Positions 34,407-49,051 of a stretch of 64,000 nt of DNA are shown here, one piece after another. The notes under the pieces are model-generated. The model had not been told where the DNA came from. It saw nothing but the letters and a program-made list of their open reading frames with translations, and searched no databases. The first letter of the stretch is position 1. Every line of letters begins with the position of its first letter. The position numbers and the translations under genes are program-made. Source of the DNA: the human T2T-CHM13v2.0 reference genome, Homo sapiens; NCBI RefSeq assembly GCF_009914755.1, contig NC_060939.1, one strand, 5' to 3'.

Positions 34407-34769
34407 TCATCTGCATCAAGGTAATTTGACTCTAGATTACTACACACTCAAACCTCAGGCATATTTAAGCCATGCTTGTTTTCTCATTAGAATTCTGATA
34501 GTTAAAATTTATTTTCCCCATTAAGATTCATTCCTGAATGTTAGTTCTGACAGTTCCCACTCTACCCTGGGAAGAACTAGAGCCACTGCTTGGGTTTGCC
34601 ACTAATTAAATTAGTGATCCTGAATATGTTAATTGGCCTGATTTGATCATTCCACAATGTATACATATTTCAAAACATCACAATGTACTCCATACATATA
34701 TGTTATTATTTGTTAATGAAGTGAAAATGAAGAAAATAAACTAGTGGCCATTTTATCTTTCTTTTATCT

Positions 34770-35058
34770 TTCTTCTTCTTCTTCTTTTTTTTTTTAGAGA
34801 GTCTCCCTCTGTCACCCAGGCTGGAGTGCAGTGGCATGACCTTGGCTCACTGCAACCTCTGCCTCCTGGGTTCAAGTGATTCTCATGTCTCAGCCTCCTG
34901 AGTAGCTGGGGTTACAGGTGTGCACCACCACACCCAGCTATTTTTTGGTATTTTTAGTAGAGTCAGGGTTTCTCCATGTTGGCTAGGATGGTCTCAAACT
35001 CCTGATCTCAGGGGATTCGCCTGCCTCGGACTCCCAAAGTGAGAAACCACACCTGGCC
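34770..35058 (-). mobile_element. AluS
   Basis: Reverse Alu with a short deletion near its 5' end. Confidence 0.9.
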
Positions 35059-35076
35059 CAGGGAAACAGTATTTCT

Positions 35077-35148
35077 CTTCTCTTCTCTTTTCTCTTTCTT
35101 TTTTTTCTAAAATGCTGGGATTACAGGCGTGAGCCACCGCTCCTGGTC
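35077..35148 (-). mobile_element. Alu remnant: tail plus first ~40 bp only
   Basis: TSD GGGAA(A/C)CAGTATTTCT on both sides. Confidence 0.75.
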
Positions 35149-35383
35149 GGGAACCAGTATTTCTGATGATCATTTTTTCTCATTTGAAAGACTGAAGTTA
35201 GTAACAGTAGCCCTCTCGTTTCAGGAGAGTGAATTGATACACTTGCCCTCTGTCTGCTGAACCTGTGGGTCACACCCTGGGCTGCTGTCCTGCTTCCCCT
35301 TCCTGCAGGCTGTGCTCACAGCAGGTGGATAAAGAGCTTGCATTACTTACCGACAGCTCTTACCCAGGGAGCTCCCAGCAGTG

Positions 35384-35452
35384 GTGTGTGTGTGTGTGTG
35401 TGTGTGCATGTGTGTGTGTGAGTGTGCGTGTGTCTGCGCGCGCGTGCACACG
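35384..35452. repeat. (TG)n/(GC)n alternating purine-pyrimidine tract
   Basis: Direct reading. Confidence 0.95.
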
Positions 35453-35637
35453 TCCCTCGTGGCCGAGTCCTTTCCTCCGAACCCAGCAGAAGATCTGAAC
35501 AGGTCTGAACCCCCAGGTCTCACCTCAAGGTGAGACAGGCTCATGTCTTTTTCCACAGAGCATCCGGACTCTGAGCACACCACGGTCGGCGGCGCCCGGG
35601 GTTTAAGTCTCCAGTGTTCAGTGACATTCTCAGCTGA

Positions 35638-35653
35638 CCTCTAGGGGGCAGCA
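35638..35653 (+). promoter_or_regulatory. CTCF core motif (forward)
   Basis: CCTCTAGGGGGCAGCA in a locally CpG-enriched patch. Confidence 0.65.
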
Positions 35654-36836
35654 TTGCCCAACTCCTCCTGCGGCCTCCTCGGGTGTGGCCCAAACCCTTA
35701 GTGCCATTCTGCAGGGCATGGTGAGCCTTCAACCAATTGCAGCTGCCACAATGGCTATGATTCCTATTTTCCTTCTTTGCCCTGTGTTGCAGCCACATGT
35801 CAGAAACGCCTGAGCCAAGGGTTTTTTTCCTTATAGAACTTCTTAGCACTTCACATCTGAAAATCTTGCTTGACATTTGGCTTATCCTGACTTTTATTGC
35901 AGTTTTTGTTTATACTATAATTAATGTCTATATTTAGTTTTAAATTCCTGGAGAGAAGGAATGTGTTTTTATTTTTTATTTTTCTTTGACTCATGATCAT
36001 CTCTGCTAGCTACCCTTGCACCCCCAAACAGCAGTTAACTTAGAATTAGATCTAAGGGTCTCAGTGTGTGTTGGCGGATGATAGTGTGATGGGTGCAGGG
36101 GGTAGGGATGTAGAAACCATAAGTGAGACTCAGAGCCACTCTGTGCCTAGGAATTTCAGGGTATAGCCATATACCATCTCTAAACTCACTGCAGGACTAT
36201 ATTCCCAAAGGCCCTGTCGTTCTGATCCACTCCCCAACCCGATTCCTCATCCTGCTGTTTCCTTATCAAATGGAGACGTACTAACATTAATATTTACCTC
36301 ATTGCCCACAACATTTGAAGAGTACATACTTTCCCCATAACCTCCTTAGGGGCTGAAGGATGAAAAGAATAGTCAAACACAGCAGCTAGGAATTTAAGGC
36401 CCAAGAGGGATCTGATGTCCTTTTCTAAAGCCTCTTGCCTCAGGGATGACCAGGTTGATGGGGCTCACTGGCTATGAACACAGTGCCGCTCTAGGAGAAG
36501 CCTGCTGGGAACTTCTCTGCATCACTAATGGTGCCTGTCTCCCTAAGGGACCTGCGGGGCAGTGGCTGATGAAGACAGGAGTGAGGATGCTGGGGGCAGC
36601 ATGTTGCCCTTTGACCTCTGAACTTTTGATCGTGGTTCTTTGGCCTTACATTTGTGCACCCACTTGTGATTTTCAAACATTGTCAGGTCTCTGTTTGTAT
36701 TAGGTGTTACAGGGCCTGTTGCAGCAGCCAGTACATTTGATACAGGGATTTGCCTAGAGTCACAGAGCTTACTAATGGAGGAATCAGTACTAGACTGTGA
36801 GTCTCTGGACATCTTCTTCTGTGCCGTTTCCTTAAA

Positions 36837-37338
<502 letters not shown>

Positions 37339-37339
37339 T

Positions 37340-37455
37340 AATTACTCAAAGTGTAGCCCCTGGACGGCAACTGTGGCGTCACCTGGAGTGTTAGAAATGT
37401 AGATTCATGGTCCCACCCCAGGTCTGCATCAGGCTCCGTGGCTCTTTGCATTCAC
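37340..37455. mobile_element. MER5A-like fragment
   Basis: CTCAAAGTGT...TCACCTGG..GTTAGAAATGTAGATTC. Confidence 0.6.
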
Positions 37456-38161
37456 AGTGTCAGATCTTTTCAGGGTATTGTCATGCCGTCGTAAGACCTG
37501 TGTGGTCAGAGCTGCCCCTGTTGAGTGAATCGTCATCAAGGTGTGCATGTCAGGGGGCTGAGGGGCTCTCGCGTCCCAGGATTGGATGATATATTCAGGG
37601 ACCCCAGGTGGGCAGCCCTGTGCGCTGAGTTCAGGGGTCAGATTGGCTGCCGGATGACTCTCACAAGGGCCTCTTTAAGACTCATGGGGCAGACTTCAGG
37701 TCAGGTGGGCACTGAAACCCCATGGAGTCCACAGCCCTGAGGGCCCTGTGTCTACGGCCTCTCCCTCACTCACAGGCCACCTTCAACCTTTTGTTCTTCT
37801 GCTGACCTTGTGTTCTAGGTGGACAGTTTTTGCACAGTGCTGGGCCATGCCAGACACTGCTGAAAGTCTAAGCATTTTCCCCAATATGAACAGAAAGAAG
37901 CTCACTTTATTAACAACATAAATCTAAGAGTAGTTTCATCTTCAAACTTAACTCCCAACCACCAAAGTCCTGGCTGTTTATAAAATGTTCTCCAGATGTG
38001 CCAGGAGATCCGCAACCATTGGCGGGGGACATCCTCCTGTGAGCACGTGAAGCCCATCAGTGGAAAGCATCATGTTAGCCGAAGTGGTGTCAGCTTGAAC
38101 CTAGCCAATTCAGCTGAAGGCAACATCCATACCAAAGGATGGCAAGTGAAAGATTTGTTCA

Positions 38162-38482
<321 letters not shown>

Positions 38483-38634
38483 TCATCCAGCTTATTCAAG
38501 ACTGCTATGCTGGGCAAGGACAGGAGGAGGCTGGGGTTCAAAATCCTCTCTGGAGGCAGAAGAGTTGAGCTTGACCACAAGCAGCAGGCTTCTCTCTTTG
38601 TTGGCCACCCCCTGACTGTGGCTCAGCTAAGAGA

Positions 38635-39190
38635 AACATGTTCTCACCCCAGTCTGGACAATCAGGAGAAATTCGAAAATACTGATGCTCAGCCCCCACA
38701 CTGATTCCGTGTGCCTGGGTTGAGCCCAGGTGGAGCTGAGATGCACCCCCAGTGGAGAAACTTTATGGTAGGTCACTGACTGATGATTGAAATTGAGCAG
38801 GCGTCCTTGAAAAATATGCTGAGTTCTGGGCCTCATCAGAGAAGATGCTGATTGAGTAGATTAAGGGTCAGGCCAGGGACCTGAATTTTAAAAACCCATC
38901 TCAGGTGTTTCTGACAATCGTTCTGGGCTGGGAACTGCTGGTCTAGATGACGTTTGCACTATTTAGCTAATGCTCACATTTTCCAAAGAGTATGTTTAAT
39001 ATTAAACCAGTGGTTTTCATTCTGGCTGCATATTATGATCACCGGGGGAGCTTTAATAAAAAATACTGTTACCTGGGTCCCACCGCAGTCCAATTAAATC
39101 AGAGTCTTGAGGGCGGGGGTGCTCCAGCACAAATAGTTTTAAAAGCTCCCCAGTTGAATCTAATGTGCAATTAGGGTTGAGAACCTTTAT
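38635..39190. mobile_element. Cluster of MER5A/B (hAT-Charlie) fragments
   Basis: Repeated AAAATACTG..CTGGG.CCC and CAGGTG.TTCT..TG; end GGGTTGAGAACC. Confidence 0.7.
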
Positions 39191-39996
39191 ATTAAACCTT
39201 GAAAGAACACACAGAATTTACACCTGAACTACATTTGGAGTTTGCTTTTGATTATTGTCCGCTTTTAGTTTTTTTCACAGACCTAATTTGTTATTAAGAA
39301 TGTAAATTAATTATTATGGCCTGATTGGTGTAAATCACATCGGATTCGTGACTTGCTTTGATCTGAATGCTAGACTTCCATAAATACGGTTGAAGACAGC
39401 TCTAGACTTTTGTCTCCCTCTGGCTTTTTGATAGCTGTATCAATCTGTTGGCTCACTGGGCTTGTGAAATAACTAAACCTTCAGGTCTCTTTCCCATGCG
39501 CTGCCATCGATGTGGTCTGCTGTGTCAGGGATTTTTGCTAGTGATCCTTTTGCTTACTGTGGTCAGGAATGGAATGGACCTTGGTCCTGGAGAGGTGATG
39601 GGGTGACCGTTTAGGGTAGGTGAGTAACAAAAGGGCGCCCCTTCCACTGGGCTAAGCAGCACATGCTTTGCTGGCAGAGAACGGCTGGATTTCAGACCTG
39701 CTTACTCCGTCGACCACGCACTTCTGTGTTGGGTGTGAATGGCACAAGCCCATGCGGCAGGAGTGAGGAGGGGGCCCCACTTGAACCACACGGACAGGGA
39801 TGGTGGAGAGTGGCTCCCCAAAGGGAGATTGAGGTGTTATTCCCAGAGATGGGGAAATGGATATCGTGTAGGCCAAACCAGCCCTGCCCTTAGACTTGGG
39901 CAAGACAGGCTCCTTCTCAGGTGCTTCTTCAGGGTATTGTCATTCCATCATAAGACCTGTGTCCAGTGTCTTATTCCATCATAAGACCTGTGTCTT

Positions 39997-40489
39997 CACA
40001 TGCAGACGTGTGTTTATTGCAGCATGATTTACAATAGCAAGGACTTGGAACCAACCCAAATGCCCATCAATGATAGACTGGATAAAGAAAATGTGGCACA
40101 TATACACCATGGAATACCATGCAGCCATAAAGAAGGATGAGTTCATGTCCTTTGCAGAGAAATGGATGTAGCTGGAAGCCATCATTCTCAGCAAACTAAA
40201 ACAGGAACAGAAAACCAAACACCGCATGTTCTCACTCATAAGTGGGAGTTGAACAATGAGAACACATGGACATAGGGAGGGGAACATCACACTCTGGGGC
40301 CTGTCAGGGAGTTGGAAGTAAGGAGAGGGAGAGCATTAGGACAAATACCTAATGCATACGGGGCTTAAAACCTAGATGACGGGTGATAGGTACAGCAAAC
40401 AACCATGGCACATGTATACCTATGTAACAAACCTGCACATTCTGCACATGTATCCCAGAACTTAAAGTAAAATTAAAAAAAAAAAAAAA
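39997..40489 (+). mobile_element. 5'-truncated L1PA (PA7/8-like) 3' end
   Basis: ORF2 C-terminus, 3' UTR and poly(A); TSD AAG(A/G)CCTGTGTCTT at 39983-39996 and 40488-40501. Confidence 0.93.
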
Positions 40490-40815
40490 GGCCTGTGTCT
40501 TTTTCAGTCAAACGTCTCTGCACAGGGTGGGGCCAAGCAACTGTGCCCATCCAAGCCTGAGCCGCACCACTCAGTGCCTGAAATCCCAGCCTAAGCCCAC
40601 GTGGGTCTTTTCCCTGCACTACTGTGAGAACTTTGCTTTATCTCATGTCTAAGATAAACACCCAGGACATGTCTTGTAGAGATATACTCAGTCTCAGAAA
40701 TGCTTGTGCCTACTCAAAGGGGGTGTGTTGGAAGGAGCCCTGGGAAGTGTCAGGCAGAGGTCTGATTGATTGTTGACTACCTACCCCATGCTTACCATAT
40801 GTTTATGCCATTTTA

Positions 40816-41266
<451 letters not shown>

Positions 41267-42239
41267 CTTAAAACATCCTCAGTCCTTAACATAATCCCCT
41301 ATGTGTTATCACCACCATTCAGATAACAATCCCCAGGAGATGTCTAAGCTGCCCCAAGCAGAAAGTGGCACCTCAGTGCTGAAATGCAAACCCAAGTCCA
41401 CCTAGCCTGAAAGTCCTCAGAGCTTCTTACCACATCCACCCTGCCTGCAAAGAAAATCTAGAAGCTAGTTTTTTTTCTGGCTCCTCCTCCCGCTCTCCTT
41501 CTAAGGTAGTCCACTCCCTCCTCTTTCTCACTGTCTCTGATCGTGACCCTCCCACACCTGCTTTCAAAGCTTTGTCTGTGAACCAATTAGAGGTTTGAAA
41601 AGCTGGTATCAGAAGTGCCCAGTATCATTTTTATGAGACTTCATGAATAAGAAAACAATGCCAACAAGTCAATATTGCGTGCAAATGTCAGTAAATTCCC
41701 ACTCAATGGCTCCCTAGCCTGAATTTTGCAGAGTGAAATCGATGCAAGTTTTGTCAGGCCTGCTGACTTTAAAGGCGGAGGACCCTGTGCATCCAGAGAA
41801 CCCACTGAAGGATGTAGGCTGCATCGTCACTCACTCTGGAAGGAAGTTAACAAAAGTACTTACACCTTTAACCTCCAGGGCATTCCTTCCCAGGCTGTGG
41901 AGGGGGGCTCCTTAGCCTGCAGTGACCTGGAATATGTTTCCAACTTTGCAGAAGTGCTGAGATCCACAAGATGGCAGCAGCCGCTCAAGCTTCGCACAGG
42001 GTCCCTGCTGCTTTTGTAATTCCCAAATTAAAAACCAAACCAAACCAAACCAAACGTACATCTGCAATCTGGAAGACGCCAGGAAAGATCATTCATTCTA
42101 GGCCTGCCCCCTTTACATCCAGAACTGTCCACATCAGAATCAATGTGAGCAAACTGCTTATAAAGGTCTTAGGGAAAAGGAATCTCAATTGTTGACTCAA
42201 TTGATTCATTTATTTATTTACTTCTTTTTCCATCCTCCC

Positions 42240-43248
42240 AACTTTTCACTCTGAAAAGTTTCAAACCTATAGAAAAGCTGGAAGATGAACATCTTCTTGG
42301 TCTTCACTGGGATTCATCAAATTATCACATTTAGCCACATTTATTTCATCTTTCTCTCTCTTCCTCTGGATGAAAGCTTTGATAGTTGCAGACACCCTGA
42401 CACTTTACCTCTCAATAATTCAACACGTCTTCTAAGAATAAAGACATTTCTTTATATAACCACAACATCACCATATCCAAGAACCTTAACATTGATACAT
42501 TACTTAATTTATAATCACATTTAAATTGCCCCAACGGTCCCAGCAATGTTCTTTACAATAATTTTCTTTCTTTCCCTTCCTTCCTTCCTTCATTCCTTCC
42601 TTCCTTCCTTCCTTCCTTCCTTCCTTCCTTTCTTTCTCTCTGTCTTTCTTTCCTTCCTTCTTTGAGATGGAGTCTCACTCTGTGGCAGAGGCTGGAGTGC
42701 AGTGGTGTGATCTCAGCTCACTGCAGCCTCTACCTCCCAAGTAGCAGGGATTACAGGCGTGTGCCACCACACCTGGCTAATTTTTTTGTATTTGTAGTAC
42801 AGATGGGGTTTCACCATGTCAGCTAGGCTGTTCTTGAACTCCTGACCTCCAATGATCCGACTGCCGCGGCCTCCCAAAGTGCTGGGATTACAGGTGTGAG
42901 CCACCTCGCCTGGCCTATAGTAATTTTCAATCCCCTGCTACAGAGTCCATTTGAGTATCACACCCTCATGTAGTTGTCATGTCACCTTTTTTGTAGAGCT
43001 CTCCTCCTCCGCTTTTGATCTTTTATGACATTGACATTTCTCAACAGTCCGGTTCATGTGTTTTGTAGAATGCCCAGCACTCTGGATTTGTCTTACTGAT
43101 TCTGGATTATTAATCCAGGTTAAGTATCTTGGCAAGAATACTACCAGGGCAATCTGGCATCCTTCCTGTTACATCACTTCAGGCGGCACATGATGTCATG
43201 TGGTCCCATTACTGACGATGCTAAATTTGAACACCTAGCTAAGGTATC
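42240..43248 (-). mobile_element. Old L1M (MC/ME) 3' region, split by an Alu
   Basis: TTTCAAACCTATAGAAAAG...GTTTTGTAGAATGCCC...TTGGCAAGAATACTAC. Confidence 0.7.
42565..42914 (-). mobile_element. Alu with (TTCC)n-expanded tail
   Basis: Microsatellite at ~42575-42662, then reverse Alu with a deletion. Confidence 0.92.
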
Positions 43249-44523
43249 AGACCTCGGGCAGAGAACTCATTCTTGTCCTGCGCCTGCAGCAATCCTGAAC
43301 GGCCACCCCACCTCCTCCCTTGACTCGCTGGTCTGTACGCTCCCTGCAGCAGCCAGAGAGATGCTCTGAAAGTGTTAGTCAGATGAGGCCATGCCTTTGC
43401 TCAAAACCTTCCTATGGCTTCCCACCATGCCCAGAATAGCTTCCAAACTCCTTGCCATGCCTTCACAGCCCTGCATGGTCTGGCTGCTGTCTAACTTCTT
43501 TTTCAACATTAAAATTAAAAAAAATTTAAAATAAAAAAATTTTAAATTGGCATAATAATTGTACATAATTATGAGGTTGATAGTGAAGCTGCAATACACA
43601 TAATATATAGTGATCAGGGTAGTTAGCACACTCACCATCTCAAACACTTATCACTTCTTTGTGTTGGGAACGTACAACATCCTCCTTCTAGTTACCCGAA
43701 ACTATTAATATCTAGTATCTTATTGTTAATTATGGTCATCCTACAGTGCTATAGAACACTGCAACTTATTCTCCTCATCTAGGTGTGATTTTGTATCCTG
43801 TAACAAATCTCTCCCTATTCCTCCCTGCCCTCTATACTTCCCAGCCTTTAGCATCTTCTGTTTTACTTTTTACTTCTATGAGAGCAACTGTTTTTAGCTT
43901 CCATATGAATGAGAACATGTGGTGTTTAACTTCCTGTTCCTGGCTTATTTTATTTAACATAATGTCCTCCAGTTCCATCCATGTTGCTGCGAAAACAGGA
44001 TTTCATTCTTTTTTATGACTGGATAGTATTCCTTTGTGCATATACACCACATTTTCTTCATTCATCTTTGTTGGACACCTAGATTGGTTTCATATCTGGG
44101 CTATAGTGAATAGCGCTGCAATAAACGTGGGAGTGCAAAGTCTCTTCAATATACTGATTTCCTTTCCTTTGGAAAACTGCCCAATAGTGGAATTGCAGAA
44201 CTTACAGTAGTTCTATTTGTAGTTTCTTGAGAAGCCTCCACACTTCCTCCATAGTGGCTGTACTAATTTACAATCCCATCAATGGTAGATGAGCTCCCTT
44301 TTCTCCATATCTTCACCGGCATTCGTTATTTTTTGTCTTTCTGATGATAGCCACTTTACACTCTAACTGGGTGAGATGATACCTCACTGTGGTTTTGATT
44401 TGCATTTCCCTGATGATTAGTGATATTGAACATTTTTTCATTTATTTGTTGGCCATTTGTATTTCTTCTTTTGAGAAAAATCTGTTGAGATCATTTGCTT
44501 CTCCTCCAGTCCACCCCCACTGC

Positions 44524-44812
44524 TTTGTTTGTTTGTTTGAGACAGTCTGTCTTTGTCACCCAGGCTAGAGTGCAGCAGCATGATCAAGGAGCACTACAGC
44601 CTTGACCTCCCAGGTTCAGGTGATCCTCCCACCTCAGGGCCTCCTATCCCCACAACCCTGGTCACTGACCATACCCAGCTAATTTTTGTATTTTTGGTCG
44701 AGATAGCCTGCCACATTGCCCAGGCTGGTCTCAAACTCCTGGGCTCATGTGATCCTCTGGCCTCAGCCTCCTGAAGTGCTGGAATTACTGGCATGAGCCA
44801 TGATGCCTGGCC
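44524..44812 (-). mobile_element. AluJ
   Basis: Degenerate J-type reverse Alu. Confidence 0.88.
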
Positions 44813-45399
44813 TTTTTGCCCATTTTTTAATTGGATTTTTTTCACTGTTGAGATATTAGAGTTCCTCATATATTCTGGATATTAATCCCCTGTCAAATGA
44901 ATAATTTGCAAATATTTTCTCCAGTTCCGTAGGTTGTCTTCTCACTCTGCTGATCATTTCCTTTGCTGTGCAGAAGCTTTTTAGGTTTGATGTAATCTCA
45001 TTTATTTATTTTTGTTCTTGTTGCCTATGCTTTTGAGGTCTTCTTCATAAAATCTTTTCCCAGATCAGTGTCCTGAAGCATTTCCCCTATGTTTTCTTCT
45101 GGTAGTTTTACAGTTTGGGGTCTTACATTTAGGTCTTTGATCCATCTTCAGTTGATTTTTGCATATGGTGAGAGATAGGGGTCTAGTTTCATTCTTCTGC
45201 ATATGGATATCCAGTTTTCCTAGCACCATTTATTGAAGAGACTGTCCTTTCCCCAGTGAGTGTTCTTGATTTCTTTGTCAAAAATCAGTTGGCTGTAGAT
45301 ACCTGGATTAATTTCTGGGTTCTCTATTTTGTTCTATTTGTCTGTGTGTCTGTTTTTATGCCAGTACCATGCTGTTTGGGTTATTAAAACTTTGTAGTA

Positions 45400-45703
45400 T
45401 TTTTTCTTTCTTCTTTTTTTTTTGAGACAGAATCTCCCTCTGTTGCCCAGACTGGAGTACAGTGGTGCGATCTCAGCTCACTGCAACCTCTGCCTCCCAG
45501 GTTCTAAGTGATTCTCCTGCTTCAGCCTCTGGAGTAGCTGGAATTTACAGGTGTGTGCCACCATGCCTGGCTAATTTTGTATTTTTAGTAGAGACGGGGT
45601 TTCACCATGTTGGCCAGGCTGGTCCCAAACTCCTGGTCAGTGATCAACACACCTCGGCCTTCCAAAGTGCTGGGATTACAGGCGTGAGCCACTACACCCA
45701 GCC
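45400..45703 (-). mobile_element. AluS
   Basis: Flanked by GTAGTAT repeats. Confidence 0.92.
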
Positions 45704-46326
45704 TCTTGGTAGTATATTTTGAAGCCTGGTTGTGTGATACCTCCAGCTTTGTTTTTTTTGCTCAGGATTGCTTTGGCTATTAAGGATCTTTAATGATTCC
45801 ATACAAATGTTAAGATTTTTTTTTCTATTTCTGTGAAGAATGCCACTGGTATTTTGATAGGGATTGCGCTGAATCTGTAGGTTACTTGGATAGTACCTGC
45901 CTACCTTCTGACCTTGTTTAGCTGTTCTCCCTCCTGCTCACTGTATTTACCTACCTGGCCATCTTTCGGTGTTTTTGGAGACATCAAACTGCACTTTCAG
46001 TTCTCTCCACCCTTAATGTTCTGGCACAGTGCCTCCCTCTTATTACCCAGGTTTCAGTTAAGATGTTAGTTTCATCTCTAGCTTATTTTTCTATGAAGCA
46101 CTGATCATCAACTGAAATTAAGTACTTATTTATTCCTTTACTTACTGGTAAGTAAGAAATGACTTACCCCATCCTACAGGTTCCCAAGGTCCACGAAGGC
46201 CGACTCCTGGGTTGTTTTGTTTATGACTGCATCATCACCCCTAATAAAGCCCGGCACACAGTAGGTGCTCAGTAAATGTTTGTGAATGAGTGAATGAATG
46301 AAATCAGCTCAATGGGGTATTGGGGC

Positions 46327-46630
46327 TTTTCTTTGTTTGTTTTTCTTTGAGACAGAGTCTACCTTTGTCACCCAGGCTGTAGTGCAGTGGCACAATCTTG
46401 GCTCACTGCAACCTCCACCTCCCAGGTTCAAGTGATTCTTCTGCCTCAGCCTCTTGAGTAGCGGGGATTACAGGCGCCTACCACCACGTCCGGCTAATTT
46501 TTGTGTTTTTAGTAAAAACAGGGTTTCACCATATTGATCAGGCTGGTCTTGAACTCTTCACCTCAGGTGATCCTCCTGCCTCAGCCTCCCAAAATGCTGG
46601 GATTACAGGCGTGAGCCACTGAGCCCGGCC
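46327..46630 (-). mobile_element. AluS
   Basis: Reverse Alu. Confidence 0.94.
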
Positions 46631-47249
46631 TTGACTCCAGTATTATCTGAGACCAAGTTCTACTCTTTGTGGGCAGATGACCCTAGACAAACTTCTTACT
46701 GTTTTGTGCCTCATTCGCTCCATCTTTAAAATGGGACTAATCCATTTCTGTCATACAATTGGCATGAAGAGTGATGTGATGGTGAGTGTGACCAAGCTCA
46801 GCGAACCATACTACACAATCTCTAAATATAAGGGGTTATTCTCATTCAGGGGCAGTTTTCCTGAAACAAAGAAATCTCAGTTTTTCTGCGTCTTCAGAAC
46901 TTTCTTTCTGCAGCTGCCTGAGTAATAAAAACTAGCATTTTAGTCCAGAGTGCTTCCCTGGAAGCCTTGGTGTTTAGAGCTGAAGGGTCATTAAAAGACC
47001 AGACGGCAAAAAAATCTTTTAGATTACTGTTTCCAGAAGCTCCGTGGTTTAGTGGAAAGCCCCGGTGCTCTGGCAGTGCCCCGCAGAAACAAAGATCAAT
47101 AATGCCCTTTGCAATCAATGCTTTTGGTGCTCTTCACATCTGCAGCCGCTGCCTGCCCTGGCACAGCTGCCCACCTGCTGCTTTGGAGATGAGGAGTAGA
47201 CCCAAGGGTTGGACATGTCACACATCACCATGACAACCATAGCATGTGC

Positions 47250-47250
<1 letters not shown>

Positions 47251-47283
<33 letters not shown>
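47251..47283. repeat. (TG)16 microsatellite
   Basis: Direct reading. Confidence 0.97.
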
Positions 47284-47285
<2 letters not shown>

Positions 47286-47419
47286 ATGTTCCCATGCTAT
47301 CCACCAGCTGCGGGATGAGGGGGTGCCAGGAGCCCATGGAAGGACGCCAAAGGGCGCAGCAGGTGGCTGGGGATAGGTGTGAGAGGGCTTGGATGGGGAA
47401 TCAAGTGACAACTTTGCCC

Positions 47420-47900
47420 TCCTTTTATTTTTTTCTGTTTTTATTGAGATATGATTCATATGTCATAAAATGCACCCTTTTAAGATGTACAATTCCGTGG
47501 TTTCTAGTATTGAAAGCTTGTGAAACCATTACTAATTCTAGAACATTTTTGTCACTCCAAATACCCTTTAGCAGTCACTGCTATTCCCATGCACCTCTCC
47601 ATGGATTTACCAATTTCGGGCATTTCTTGTAGGTGGAATCATATACTGTTGTCCTTTTATGACTGACTTCTTTCCCTTAGCCTAATGTTTTTGAGGTTCT
47701 TCCATGTTGTAGATACATCAGTACTTCATTCATCAGTGCTTTTCAAGGCTGAATAATATTCCGTTATATAGCTACACCACATTTTGGTTACCCATTTATC
47801 CATTGGTGGACGCTTGGGTTGTTTTCACTCTTTGGCTACCACTATGTTCATTTGTGTACAAGTTTTTGTGTGAACATATGCTTTCATTTCTCTTGGGTAA
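47420..47900 (-). mobile_element. Old L1M 3' fragment
   Basis: TTTATTGAGATATGATTCA...GGCTGAATAATATTCC...GTACAAGTTTTTGTGTGAACATATG. Confidence 0.8.
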
Positions 47901-47919
47901 TTGCTGGTTCTTTCTCTTT

Positions 47920-48223
<304 letters not shown>

Positions 48224-48449
48224 TTCTTTCCCTTTTATTGCTGGCATTCCACAGCATTCTCATGTTGAAGCCAGGTATGGAGAAGGCTTGCGGCACGAGG
48301 GAGGCCCTTGGACCCTCTGAGCTCTGAGAGTCCTGCTTTGATGACTAGTGAGTGGTGAACACAGAGGCAACCCGGAGGGCCAGCACACAACCCCCTTCCT
48401 GTTTACCTGTGGTGCACAGCCGGCCAGCTCTATTTCCGTCTCCCCTGTA

Positions 48450-48795
48450 GCTAGCATCAGCCCTGTGACGGTTTCAGCCAATGCAATGTGGGAGGCGGTG
48501 ATGAAAAACCATTTCCAGGCCTGGCCCTACAGCCCCTGCACAGCTCTCTCCCCCACCTTTCCTCCTGTGTCTGCTATATGAACACAGAGGATCCAGGGGA
48601 GACTTCTGCCCTAAGGGGTGCCACACCGATCCATGGAAGGCATCCACATCCTTGAACTGCTGTTTGATGCAGGGAGGGCCTCACTGCCAGTTCACGTTAA
48701 TTTGTGATGTGAACAAGAAATAAACCTTTATTACCTCAGGCCACTGATATTTTGGGGTCGTTTCTTACCCCAGTTAGCCTGTCCTGACTCGTAGA
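48450..48795 (+). mobile_element. Old MLT1 LTR fragment
   Basis: AAGAAATAAACCTT...GCCACTGATATTTTGGGG..TTCTTAC..CCTGACT end. Confidence 0.65.
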
Positions 48796-48940
48796 GTTTC
48801 TTCAGGTAAGGAACATCCAGCCAGTCTCTAGAACCATCTGCAGAGCTTCTGGCCCTGCCTCCAGCTTCCTCCCACCTTGCCCTTGGCTCCCTCCACAGTG
48901 GGGTTTTCTGCAAGGCCTCCTCTGGTTTGATGTCTTCTGC

Positions 48941-49051
48941 TAAGGTGATCCATTGTCCTGGAATGCCTGGAATGGAGGGGTTTCTTGGGAGTTAGGTTTT
49001 CAGTTTGAAAACTGAGACACTCCCAGGCAAACTGGGATGGTTGGTCACTTC
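48941..49051. mobile_element. hAT-Blackjack MITE (MER81/MER94-like)
   Basis: TIRs TAAGGTGATCCATTGTCCTGG and GGCAAACTGGGATGGTTGGTCAC. Confidence 0.65.

Larger units (their letters stand above)
43500..45896 (-). mobile_element. L1MA, 5'-truncated, containing two Alus
   Basis: 3' UTR and ORF2 C-terminal homology; TSD-like CTG(T/C)CTA(A/C)CTTCT at 43487-43499 and 45897-45909. Confidence 0.9.
43320..46302 (+). mobile_element. L2 3' region, interrupted by L1MA (43500-45896)
   Basis: GCTCAAAACCTTCC.ATGGCTTCCCA...; end GTAGGTGCTCAGTAAATGTTTGTGAATGAGTGAATGAATGA. Confidence 0.75.

Noticed and set aside
39635-39651. CTCF-like GCGCCCCTTCCACTGG, plus weaker matches near 29806, 38742 and 47344-47369
   Set aside because: Extra base or mismatches in the core; too weak to call without scoring
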